DNA of 52,452 nt from Eubacteriales bacterium (GCA_045597265.1 JAZODX010000077.1:1-52452), one strand, 5' to 3'. Numbered from the stretch's first letter, positions 1 through 8,521 are shown. A program made the numbers and translations. Notes: generated from the sequence alone by a model not told the origin.

Positions 1-198
1 GGCGTTTACAGAGCCAATTTAAACAAGCTTATATTTGTTACCCTGCTTGAAGCGCGTTTAAAAGAAGAAAATATAGACGTTTCCTCACTTTGCACGTTTT
101 GCAATCCTGATGAGTTTTTTTCTCACAGGTATCATAAAGAAAACAGAGGAACAATGGGTGCTATGATAGCTTTAGCGCCGGAAAGGAATCATAAATGA
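1..198 (+). CDS. pgeF: Peptidoglycan editing factor PgeF/YfiH-family (laccase-domain) protein, C-terminal fragment (5'-truncated by window)
   Basis: Manual translation of frame +1 gives ...ENIDVSSLCTFCNPDEFFSHRYHKENRGTMGAMIAL...*, matching the CT-x-C...FFSHR...G C-terminal signature of YfiH/PgeF. The TGA overlaps the next ATG (ATGA at 195-198). Confidence 0.75.
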   Translation, partial: GVYRANLNKLIFVTLLEARLKEENIDVSSLCTFCNPDEFFSHRYHKENRGTMGAMIALAPERNHK

Positions 199-1181
199 TA
201 AAAATAGAAAATCTCGTCAAGCGTTACGGGCAAAAATACGCTCTTGACTCAATATCGCTTGAGATAAATCAAGGCGACGTTGTTGGTTTTCTCGGCCCGA
301 ACGGCGCCGGAAAATCAACTGCAATGAATATTATCACGGGTTATCTTTCGGCAAGCTCCGGTAACGTTTATATTAACGGTGTGAGCGTGCTTGACGATCC
401 CATACTTGTAAAATCAATGATAGGGTATTTGCCCGAACAGCCCCCGCTTTACATAGATATGACGGTCAGAGAATATCTCAATTTCGTATTCGATCTTAAA
501 AAATGCTCATACAGCCGCAAAAAGCATATCGACGAGATCTGCTCTGTCGTTAAGATAACAGACGTTGCAAACCGCGTTATCAGAAACCTTTCAAAGGGTT
601 ACAGACAGAGAGTGGGCATCGCTCAGGCTTTGATAGGCAATCCTCCGATAATCATAATGGACGAGCCGACTGTCGGCCTTGACCCCAAGGAGATAATCGA
701 GATACGCAGCCTTATAAGAAGGCTTGGCGAAAAGCACACGATAATTTTAAGCTCACACATTCTTTCCGAGATACAGGCTATATGCGAAAGGATCATCATT
801 ATAGATTCAGGCAGAATAGTTGCCGATAAGCCAACAGACGAGCTCGCAAGATTCGTTCAGGCAAACAAGAAGTATAACGTAAAGGTTGCAGGGCCAAGAG
901 GCGAGGTTTTAAAGTTACTTGAATCGCTCGACGGCATCAAGGATGCACAGCACACGGGCGAAGAAGACGGCGGAGTTTATATATTCACACTTGAAACCGA
1001 AGCAGGCGTTGACGTAAGAAAGCTTATATTCGCTTCTCTTGCAGAAAACGGCTGGCCTTTGATGGGGCTTGAAGAGCAGAGTGTAACGCTTGAGGACGTG
1101 TTCATCTCGATCGTTGATAACAATAATTACCAGACTGAAAAAGCAAGCCGTGCCTCATGGGACGACGATGATAACGCATAA
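195..1181 (+). CDS. ABC-2 type transporter ATP-binding protein (GldA-like)
   Basis: Walker A GPNGAGKST, signature LSKGYRQR, Walker B IIMDEPT, H-loop SSH. Confidence 0.93.
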   Translation: MIKIENLVKRYGQKYALDSISLEINQGDVVGFLGPNGAGKSTAMNIITGYLSASSGNVYINGVSVLDDPILVKSMIGYLPEQPPLYIDMTVREYLNFVFDLKKCSYSRKKHIDEICSVVKITDVANRVIRNLSKGYRQRVGIAQALIGNPPIIIMDEPTVGLDPKEIIEIRSLIRRLGEKHTIILSSHILSEIQAICERIIIIDSGRIVADKPTDELARFVQANKKYNVKVAGPRGEVLKLLESLDGIKDAQHTGEEDGGVYIFTLETEAGVDVRKLIFASLAENGWPLMGLEEQSVTLEDVFISIVDNNNYQTEKASRASWDDDDNA

Positions 1182-1195
1182 GGGGGGTGCATTAG

Positions 1196-1903
1196 ATGAT
1201 CGCTATTTACAAAAGAGAAATGCTCTCGTATTTCACGGGATCTATCGGATACGTTTTTATAGCAGTATTTTTAGCACTCACGGGCGGTATGTTTTCTGTC
1301 TGCACGCTCTTTATGGGTGAAAGCAGCAGTATTTCAACATTCTTTATCGGCATAATGTTTGTTTACAGTATTGTAGTACCCCTGCTTACGATGAAAAGCT
1401 TCAGCGAGGAAAGAAAGTCACGCACAGAACAGCTTCTTTTAACCGCTCCCGTTTCGCTGACAGGTATGGTTATGGGCAAATTCTTTTCTGCTTATACGAT
1501 GTTTGCAGGAAGCTTTGTTTTATCGTGTGTAAACTTCTATACCCTTTTCAGATTCGGCACGCCTAACGTTGCCGTTCTTGTAAGCTATGCTATCGGTATA
1601 CTTCTTATCGGTGCCGCTTACGTTGCAATAGGTATGTTTATATCATCTCTTACGGAAAATCAGCTTATAGCGGCGATCGCCACGATAGGTACGCTTATAG
1701 TTATGCTCGTTATATCATTCGTTAACCAGTATATCGACTTCTATCCCGTCCGCGCAGTTTTAGACTGGATATCGATATACAGCCGTTTTTCGAATTTTAC
1801 GTTCGGCATACTTGATATAAGCTCGCTTTTCTACTACTTCTCTATTTGCTTTGTATTTTTATTCTTAACGGTGCGCGTTTACGAAAAGCGCCGTTGGTCG
1901 TGA
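1196..1903 (+). CDS. ABC-2 type permease (GldF-like)
   Basis: About 6 hydrophobic helices, the ABC-2 motif SEERKSRTEQLLLTAP, and position in the operon. Confidence 0.88.
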   Translation: MIAIYKREMLSYFTGSIGYVFIAVFLALTGGMFSVCTLFMGESSSISTFFIGIMFVYSIVVPLLTMKSFSEERKSRTEQLLLTAPVSLTGMVMGKFFSAYTMFAGSFVLSCVNFYTLFRFGTPNVAVLVSYAIGILLIGAAYVAIGMFISSLTENQLIAAIATIGTLIVMLVISFVNQYIDFYPVRAVLDWISIYSRFSNFTFGILDISSLFYYFSICFVFLFLTVRVYEKRRWS

Positions 1904-1916
1904 CAGGAGGGGCAGT

Positions 1917-3389
1917 ATGAATAACAAAATTACAGCATTTTTCAAAAGCCGCTCGTTTAAGCGCGGCAGTATGAGTATGGCGCTTACAATAGCCGTTATT
2001 GCATCTGTCATTATACTTAATATTATCATCACGGCTCTTGCTCACGAGTATTATCTTTACATAGACATGACCAAGGACAGCGTGTTCAAGCTCACAGACG
2101 AGGCTCTTGCCATCGTTGAGGGCATAGACGACGAGGTAAACATCATTTTCTGCGACGACGTTGACTCCCTTCAGTCTAATCTTTATCAGAAAACCGTGTA
2201 CAACACTGCGCTTGAATTATCCTCAAAGTTTGATAATATAAACATCAAGCACGTTGACGTATACAAAAACCCTTCGTCTGTTTCAAAATACAAGACCACA
2301 CAAGGCACGAGGATAACCGACCAGAGCGTTATCGTTGAAAGCGGCTCGGAATCCATCGTATACACCTTAAACGCTTTCTTTACGTATAACGAATCGGGGT
2401 ATGTTTGGGCATACAACGGCGAATACAAGCTTATATCGGGTATTTTGCGCGTTACGGCAGACGAAAGTCCTAAGGCTCTGTTTACAACGGGGCACGGCGA
2501 AAGTCTTGTTGACGATGCGTTGTGGGCGCTATTTGCCGATGCAGGCTATGAAGTAGACATAATAAATCTTATAGAAAACGACATTCCCAATGATACGCGA
2601 TTTATTATAATAAACGACCCGATATACGATTTTCAGGGAATAAGCGCCGATACCGAGGGCAAAAAATCGGAGATCGAGAAAATAGACGACTTTCTTGACG
2701 ATTTCGGTTGTCTTGCAGTATTTACCGACCCTGAAACACCCGAGCTTCCAGAGCTTTATTCTTTCCTCAAAGAATGGGGTATCGCGTTTGGCGAGCACAC
2801 GCTTAGGGATTACAACCATTCGCTTACAACAGACGGGCTTTCACTCGTTGCAGAGTACGCCAAGGGACAAACGGAGGGCGCAACGCTTATACGCGATATA
2901 ACCAAGATCGCAGAGCCGCCCAAAGCGATAGTCAAGAACGCAAGACCTGTTGAGATCCTCTTTGATTCAAGAGGCTCAAGAAACGTTTCGCCGATACTGA
3001 CAACGTCAAGCAAAGCGATGCTCGGTGATGAGAATGAAAACCTCGTTGACGGCGGAAGATTCAATCTTATGACTCTTTCAAGCGAGATGAGATATATCGA
3101 CAATCAGGATAAATATTCCTTCGTTCTTGCATGCGGCTCAACAAATTTTGCAACAAACGAGTATATAGGCCAGAAGGCATACTCAAACAGCGATATTCTT
3201 CATGCCGTAATGAAGCAGATGGGCCAGGAGAGAATTCCCGTAAACCTTGACCTCAAGCCGTTTGACGACACCTCTCTTGACATAACCGCAAGCGAGGCAA
3301 CAAACTGGTCGCTCGCAATAATACTGATACTTCCGATAACTGCAATAATATTCTGCACCGTAATTCTTATAAGGAGACGCCACGCATGA
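1917..3389 (+). CDS. GldG-like ABC-associated membrane protein
   Basis: N-terminal TM, DMTKDSVFKLT, thioredoxin-like region, FTTGHGE motif, C-terminal TM followed by RRRH. Confidence 0.8.
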   Translation: MNNKITAFFKSRSFKRGSMSMALTIAVIASVIILNIIITALAHEYYLYIDMTKDSVFKLTDEALAIVEGIDDEVNIIFCDDVDSLQSNLYQKTVYNTALELSSKFDNINIKHVDVYKNPSSVSKYKTTQGTRITDQSVIVESGSESIVYTLNAFFTYNESGYVWAYNGEYKLISGILRVTADESPKALFTTGHGESLVDDALWALFADAGYEVDIINLIENDIPNDTRFIIINDPIYDFQGISADTEGKKSEIEKIDDFLDDFGCLAVFTDPETPELPELYSFLKEWGIAFGEHTLRDYNHSLTTDGLSLVAEYAKGQTEGATLIRDITKIAEPPKAIVKNARPVEILFDSRGSRNVSPILTTSSKAMLGDENENLVDGGRFNLMTLSSEMRYIDNQDKYSFVLACGSTNFATNEYIGQKAYSNSDILHAVMKQMGQERIPVNLDLKPFDDTSLDITASEATNWSLAIILILPITAIIFCTVILIRRRHA

Positions 3390-4954
3390 GCGAAAACAAC
3401 GAAAAAAACGAGGGTATATTCGACGAGCCAAAGCCGAGATATACCGCAAAGAAAAAGCGCCGCGACGATTTCAGACGGCAGGCAAGAATTCTCATTATCG
3501 TGTTTCTTGTTGCCCTGATCTCTTTGTCTGCCTATCTCTTCGTTATTAAGCCTCTAGTTGAAAAAACAGAAGAGATACCCGAAGAATTGCCTGTACTTCT
3601 CGACGGAGAGGTACTTGGCCCTCAAAACAGAATACTTATTATGGAGTATCTGAAAAAGGACGATATCGCATCAATTGACGTTCATAATGAGCACGGCGAC
3701 TTCGGCTTTGAATACAATGAAGAGGACGACGCGTTCTACCTAAAGGGTAACAAATCTGCCGCATACAGCAAGGAGGTCTTCCAGAATCTTCTGTCCGCGG
3801 CGGGATATACGCTTGCTATGGAGCGGATCACAGATTATACCGAAAACTTTTCAGAGTACGGTCTTTCAGAGCTTGATAATCCTGCATGGTATATACTTAC
3901 GGGCAGAAACGGTGTTTCTCATAAGCTGTATATCGGCGATGCGCTTCCGTCAGGCGCAGGCTACTACGTAAGATACGACGGACGAGATGCCGTTTACGTT
4001 CTGGACTATACTATATCCGAAACGCTTCTTGCTCCGATCGAAGCGATAATCGCACCCACTCTCGCTTTCCCTGCTGGTCAGAACGGATATTACATGCTTG
4101 ATAACTTCGCACTCAAAAAAGACGGCGAAATCGTTATAGCGCTTGAATATCTTGATGAAGAAGCACGTAAGGCGCTCGGTGTATCCACTATGCATGCTTT
4201 CATCTATCCCGAGGAATATACGCCAAGCGATACGTCTTATCTTGAAGTGTTCGCGCACTTTGCCGACTATACAGGTATTTCCACTTTAGTATATCAGCCT
4301 GATATTGAGGATATAAAAAAGTACGGTCTCGAAAAGCCGAAATACGATCTGTATTTTGAAGTTATGGGTATGCCGAACAATATCATATTCAGTGAAAAGA
4401 ATGAAAACGGTAACTACTACGCTTATTCCCCGGTATTTGACATAATAAGCGAGGTTGAAGCCGCAAAGGCAGACTGGCTTGAATGGGGGCTTTTAAACTG
4501 GATAGAAAGGCCGCTTCTTCAGGTAAGCATATTTAATATTGACGAGATCTCTATTGAAAGCGAAAAGGCCGATTACCGTTTTGTTTTGGAAAGCGATGAG
4601 TCCGGTGTCAAGTCTGTATATGAAGCACTTAGCCAAAGAGAGATTACAGATATTGATAACTTCAAGAAATTCTATCAGACGATACTTATGACAAGCCTTC
4701 AGGACTATGCAGAGCTGACAGAAGATAAGATAGCCTCGCTTGAGGCGGCAGGCGCATACATGACGATGACGGTAAAAATGAAGGACGGCACTTCAAAGGT
4801 ATATAGGTTCTATCCATATGAAACGCGCCGTGCATACTACACGACAAACGGTGTTGGCAACTTCTACGTTATCCGCGACCGTATGGTAAAGATAATCGAC
4901 GACGCCGCAAAGGTTGTTGCAGGAGAAACTGTTGTTCCCGAAGCTAATAACTGA
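3386..4954 (+). CDS. DUF4340-type membrane-anchored protein
   Basis: N-terminal TM; repeated (E/K)YGL-x-x-P segments and LYIGD...YYVR...VY; typical fourth gene of GldAFG-like operons; ATGA overlap with the upstream gene. Confidence 0.7.
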   Translation: MSENNEKNEGIFDEPKPRYTAKKKRRDDFRRQARILIIVFLVALISLSAYLFVIKPLVEKTEEIPEELPVLLDGEVLGPQNRILIMEYLKKDDIASIDVHNEHGDFGFEYNEEDDAFYLKGNKSAAYSKEVFQNLLSAAGYTLAMERITDYTENFSEYGLSELDNPAWYILTGRNGVSHKLYIGDALPSGAGYYVRYDGRDAVYVLDYTISETLLAPIEAIIAPTLAFPAGQNGYYMLDNFALKKDGEIVIALEYLDEEARKALGVSTMHAFIYPEEYTPSDTSYLEVFAHFADYTGISTLVYQPDIEDIKKYGLEKPKYDLYFEVMGMPNNIIFSEKNENGNYYAYSPVFDIISEVEAAKADWLEWGLLNWIERPLLQVSIFNIDEISIESEKADYRFVLESDESGVKSVYEALSQREITDIDNFKKFYQTILMTSLQDYAELTEDKIASLEAAGAYMTMTVKMKDGTSKVYRFYPYETRRAYYTTNGVGNFYVIRDRMVKIIDDAAKVVAGETVVPEANN

Positions 4955-4961
4955 AAATAAA

Positions 4962-4999
4962 AATGATGGCAGACACTCTTTTTTGTGTCTGCCATCATT
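4962..4999. terminator. Intrinsic terminator hairpin after the ABC operon
   Basis: 15-bp perfect stem AATGATGGCAGACAC / GTGTCTGCCATCATT just downstream of the stop at 4954. Confidence 0.8.
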
Positions 5000-5133
5000 A
5001 TATTACTTCACCTTTATATATTGTGATCATCCGTTGGTGAAGCCGACACCTTCTCTTTTATTTCTTATCTGAAAACGACAATTTCTCAGAGAAGTGTGAA
5101 AAGAGAAAAGTGAAGGGATAATAGTACCAAAAA

Positions 5134-5216
5134 GGACTCGAATTCTCGACAGCATACTCGGTCTGGGTCGGCTCTGACTGCCACCATTAGTCTTCACTAC
5201 CGACCCGTTCGAGTCC
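5134..5216. repeat. tRNA-T-arm-like nested palindromic element
   Basis: GGACTCGAA (5134-5142) pairs with TTCGAGTCC (5208-5216); inner GGGTCGG (5165-5171) pairs with CCGACCC (5200-5206). Contains the GTTCGAGTCC T-loop motif but no full cloverleaf. Confidence 0.5.
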
Positions 5217-5232
5217 ATTCTATCTGCATATC

Positions 5233-5260
5233 AAAAAGAAAAACACGCCTCTTGGCGTGT
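5233..5260 (-). terminator. Intrinsic terminator of the four-helix-bundle gene
   Basis: ACACGCC-TCTT-GGCGTGT hairpin (5243-5260) followed on the minus strand by a T-rich tract; touches the stop codon. Confidence 0.65.
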
Positions 5261-5616
5261 CAATCGTTGTTCTTCTTCGCAGTATTTATTGATGAAATAA
5301 GTATTTTGCGAATCGTTCCGCATTGATTATACAATTCTTTTGCAATTTGCCTGTCTAATATCTCTGATTTGACAAAAAGCTCAAGCCAATACTCGGTTTC
5401 ATAGCATTCTTTCTGCGCTATTTCAAGCTTTGATATGAAATCCTTTGTACCTTGTGCATACTGTGCCTCATGAATATTGGCTCCAATAGAGGTACCGGAA
5501 CGTAATAACTGATTAATCAGAACGGCTTCTTTGTGTTCGGATTTCATATTACGGCAGAGAAAAACAATGTTTTTTGCAAAATTCTTTGCCTTATCTCTTA
5601 AAATGCTGTTTGACAT
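5260..5616 (-). CDS. Four-helix-bundle protein (23S rRNA IVP / bAvd-like family)
   Basis: QLLRSGTSIGANIHEA...DFISKLEIAQKECYETEYWLEL family signature. Start moved to MSNSIL (ATG at 5616), preceded by the RBS GAGAGGTGA. Confidence 0.9.
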   Translation of the reverse strand: MSNSILRDKAKNFAKNIVFLCRNMKSEHKEAVLINQLLRSGTSIGANIHEAQYAQGTKDFISKLEIAQKECYETEYWLELFVKSEILDRQIAKELYNQCGTIRKILISSINTAKKNND

Positions 5617-5634
5617 TGTATCACCTCTCTCTAT

Positions 5635-5663
5635 GTTATACAATGAAACCAACAATTAGTCAA
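5635..5663 (-). promoter_or_regulatory. sigmaA-type promoter of the four-helix-bundle gene
   Basis: Minus strand TTGACT-N17-TATAAC. The -35 box shares its outermost base with the adjacent repeat element. Confidence 0.7.
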
Positions 5664-5864
5664 GTTATATTCCGACTTCGTCGGAGTGATATTATTGCTG
5701 CCGCAATAGTGATATTGAAGCCTTACGGCTTCAGTGATATTCTATTCGCCCTAAAACTCGCGAAGCGAATACCACTCGGCGTAAGCCGAATATCACTGCA
5801 AAGCAATAAAACTCGCCGCAGGCGAATAGAACTGGCGTGATACTCCGTTAAGAGTATCACGCCA
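5663..5864. repeat. Dyad-symmetric repeat/hairpin ladder element
   Basis: AGT(T/G)ATATT at 5663, 5685, 5708, 5733, separated by short hairpins. Inverted copies AATACCACT, AATATCACT, AATAAAACT, AATAGAACT at 5768, 5789, 5805, 5825, also separated by hairpins. Terminal 13-bp stem 5833-5845/5852-5864. Confidence 0.85.
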
Positions 5865-5891
5865 ATGCGGCAGCCCCTTTCGCGTTGGGGA

Positions 5892-8357
5892 TTAAACGAT
5901 AAAATCGTAGCTTCCGGGAGCAAGCTCAAGCACGGCACAGCCGTCACGGCAGACGTCGGCGCGGATCGTCTCTCCGTTCACGGTGTAGCAGTCCTTTCCG
6001 CAAAGCGGCAGATGCAGCGTTGCGGTAACCGGAACGGTGGTGCTGAAGCGGAGGTCGCCCTGCTCGGTGGACCATGCCGTCTCGATCCGTCCGCTCGGCG
6101 CGTCGAACGCGGCGTTAACGTGCGTGATGCGGGACTGTCCCTCGGGCAGCTCAGCGTCGGTACGCAGGTCGGGATGCGGATGAAGCAGAATATGCGCAAA
6201 TCCGGGGGTGTCGGTATCGATGCCCGCCATATAGCGGTACATCCACTCGCCGACAACGCCGTATGCATAGTGGTTGAAGGAGTTCATGCTCACGTCGCCG
6301 AAGCCGGTGGCCAGCGTGTAGGAATTCCAGCGTTCCCAGATGGTGGTTGCACCCTGGCGTACCGAGTAAAGCCAGGACGGATTCTCGGTCTGGAGCAGAA
6401 GCGAATAGGCCATACCCGGCGCGCCGATGGCGGAGAGGGTATGCGCAAGCGCTCCCGTGCCGACGAAGCCGGTCGAAAGACGGTAGCCGTTGTCGCGGAT
6501 CTTCCGGAGCAGAGCCTCCTTTGCGTCGGCGCGCATCTCCTCAGGGAGAAGGTTGTGTGCAAGGGCGAGCAGATAGGCGCACTGAGACGTTTCGATCAGC
6601 TTGCCGTCGCGGATATAAACCGAGCGGAAGTGCTCAACCAGGCGGGCGTGCAGGTCGCGGTAATGGGCGGCGCGGTCGTCCCGACCGATCGCCCCGGCCA
6701 TCTCGGCCATCAGGCGGGCGTCGTAAACGTAGTAGACCACCGAGATGAATTCGTTGGTGGTCGGCTCGTAAGCCAGCCAGTCACCGTAACGGGTGAGCGG
6801 ACCCTCCATGCCGCGAGAGGCAAGGAAGTCCATGTACTTTTCCATCGAGGCGAAATTCTCCTCGATGATGCCGGTCTTGCCGTAGACGGTGTACATGGTG
6901 TGCGGCACGATGATGCCGGCGTCTCCCCATGCGGCTGCGCCGTATCCGACGGCGGAAATGTAAGGCGCAACGTCGGGATACGCTCCGTCCTCAGCCTGCG
7001 AGTCGCGCATATCGCCCATCCACTTGCGCAAAAAGTCGTAAACGTCGCCGTTGTAGGAGGCGGTGCGGGCGAAAATCTGAGTGTCACCCGTCCAGCCGAG
7101 GCGCTCGTCGCGCTGCGGGCAGTCGGTGGGAATGGAGAGATAGTTGCCGCGCTGACCCCAGAGAATGTTGGAGATCAGGCGGTTGACCTCGGGATTCGAG
7201 GTCTCAAGGAAGCCGGTCTCGCGCACCTGTGAGCCGATGACCTCACCCAGCACGCAGCGGAGATCGATGGGTGCGTCGGCGGTCAGCTCCACATAGCGGA
7301 AGCCGAAGAAGGTGAAGGTGGGTGCGTATTCCTCTCCGTCGGGGGCGCCCGAGAGAACGTATTTGTTCTTGGCCTTGGCCGAACGGTAGTTGACGGCGTA
7401 AATGCTTCCCTTCGGGCCGTCGTTGCCGCGGCTCTTCTCGCCGCTGTCGTTGAGCATTTCGGCATAGCGCATCAGGAGCGCGCTTCCGGCGCGGCCGCGC
7501 ACCTGAATGCGCAGACGGCCGACCATTTCCTGGCCGAGATCCAGAATCAGCGTCTGGCCGGGGAGCAGGCGGTGGGGCAGGGATCCGCCGGTATAGAGGG
7601 GAACGATCTCGCCGAAGTCACTGCCGTTGTCCTTCGTGCCGGCGTAAAGGGTATAGGTGGAGGGGGTGCGGCAGAGGAAGTCACGCACGCCGACCGTCGG
7701 GCCGATGTGCGGGGTGACCACACCCGTGAACTGCGTAAAGCGGGAGGGCGTTTTCCATTCGCCCGGAACGTCGCCGATTTGCGACAGCGCGGCGTAGGAC
7801 GGGCGGCGGGCATCGCAGACCTCACCGTCCCAGATGTCACCAAGGAGCACCGGGCCGCCGACCTGTGCCTGCCAGGAGTCGTCTGAGACGATACGGTGTT
7901 CTCCGTCGGTATCGGTATAGTCAAGTGCGGCAATAAAGGCGGGGGTATGCTTGCCGAAGGTATCAAAGCCGATTCGTCCCGTCCACCAGCCGCCCGACAG
8001 AATAACGAGCAGGCAGTTTTCTCCGGCACGGAGATAGGGGGCGAGATCGTAGGTAAAGGCCAGCGCGCGGCGGTGGTAATCGGTCCAACCGGGCTTCAGC
8101 TCGTCTCGGCCGACGCGGCGGCCGTTGCACCAAAGCTCAATCAGACCAAGCGCGGTAAAGGTGATCGAGGCAGAGGTAAGGGGGGCCGAGACGGAGAAGG
8201 TGCGGCGGAAGAGGGGAAGTCCGTCCTCTTCAAAAAGCGGTTCCCAGCGATCGGGATAGGCGGGCTTGGCCACCCAGGGGTTGTCTCGTGCATTGCGGTC
8301 AATAAATTCGGGCAGGCAGAGCCAGGCTGCGCCCGAGAGAATCGTATCGGTCATCAT
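5892..8357 (-). CDS. Alpha-L-rhamnosidase, glycoside hydrolase family 78
   Basis: PTDCPQRDERLGWTGD, GATTIWERWNS, SMNSFNHYAYG, DLGQEMVG and FTFFGFRYVE motifs. No signal peptide. Confidence 0.93.
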   Translation of the reverse strand: MMTDTILSGAAWLCLPEFIDRNARDNPWVAKPAYPDRWEPLFEEDGLPLFRRTFSVSAPLTSASITFTALGLIELWCNGRRVGRDELKPGWTDYHRRALAFTYDLAPYLRAGENCLLVILSGGWWTGRIGFDTFGKHTPAFIAALDYTDTDGEHRIVSDDSWQAQVGGPVLLGDIWDGEVCDARRPSYAALSQIGDVPGEWKTPSRFTQFTGVVTPHIGPTVGVRDFLCRTPSTYTLYAGTKDNGSDFGEIVPLYTGGSLPHRLLPGQTLILDLGQEMVGRLRIQVRGRAGSALLMRYAEMLNDSGEKSRGNDGPKGSIYAVNYRSAKAKNKYVLSGAPDGEEYAPTFTFFGFRYVELTADAPIDLRCVLGEVIGSQVRETGFLETSNPEVNRLISNILWGQRGNYLSIPTDCPQRDERLGWTGDTQIFARTASYNGDVYDFLRKWMGDMRDSQAEDGAYPDVAPYISAVGYGAAAWGDAGIIVPHTMYTVYGKTGIIEENFASMEKYMDFLASRGMEGPLTRYGDWLAYEPTTNEFISVVYYVYDARLMAEMAGAIGRDDRAAHYRDLHARLVEHFRSVYIRDGKLIETSQCAYLLALAHNLLPEEMRADAKEALLRKIRDNGYRLSTGFVGTGALAHTLSAIGAPGMAYSLLLQTENPSWLYSVRQGATTIWERWNSYTLATGFGDVSMNSFNHYAYGVVGEWMYRYMAGIDTDTPGFAHILLHPHPDLRTDAELPEGQSRITHVNAAFDAPSGRIETAWSTEQGDLRFSTTVPVTATLHLPLCGKDCYTVNGETIRADVCRDGCAVLELAPGSYDFIV

Positions 8358-8413
8358 CTGTTCCTCCGATTGTGGAAAATGAGATTGCCGAGCTGGTCGG
8401 CCGATCTGCTTGT

Positions 8414-8442
8414 ATTATACCATACGGCAGGCGGAAAGTAAA
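8414..8442 (-). promoter_or_regulatory. Putative promoter of the GH78 gene
   Basis: Minus strand TTTACT-N17-TATAAT with extended -10 TG. Confidence 0.55.
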
Positions 8443-8521
8443 GGAAAAAGTTAAAATTACGCAGCTTTTCCCGGGGGCGAAGTGAGTCGATTCGGGTCGG
8501 ACGAAACTGTGGAAAAATCCC

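Noticed and set aside
5134-5216. tRNA gene
   Set aside because: Only the T-arm motif is present; no cloverleaf, anticodon arm or acceptor end can be built.
5027-5218. 63-aa ORF on the minus strand (and the ORFs at 5574-5840 and 5723-5947)
   Set aside because: They run through palindromic repeat elements, lack an RBS and have no recognisable motifs.
5260-5616. Diversity-generating retroelement (Avd-like gene) or 23S rRNA intervening sequence
   Set aside because: No reverse transcriptase, no TR/VR pair differing at adenines, and no flanking rRNA sequence in the window.
5663-5833. CRISPR array (repeat-spacer appearance)
   Set aside because: Repeats are only 9 bp, the spacers are 7-16-bp self-complementary hairpins, orientation flips midway, and there are no cas genes.
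5865-7232. 455-aa plus-strand ORF
   Set aside because: Antisense shadow of the GC-rich GH78 gene; no motifs.
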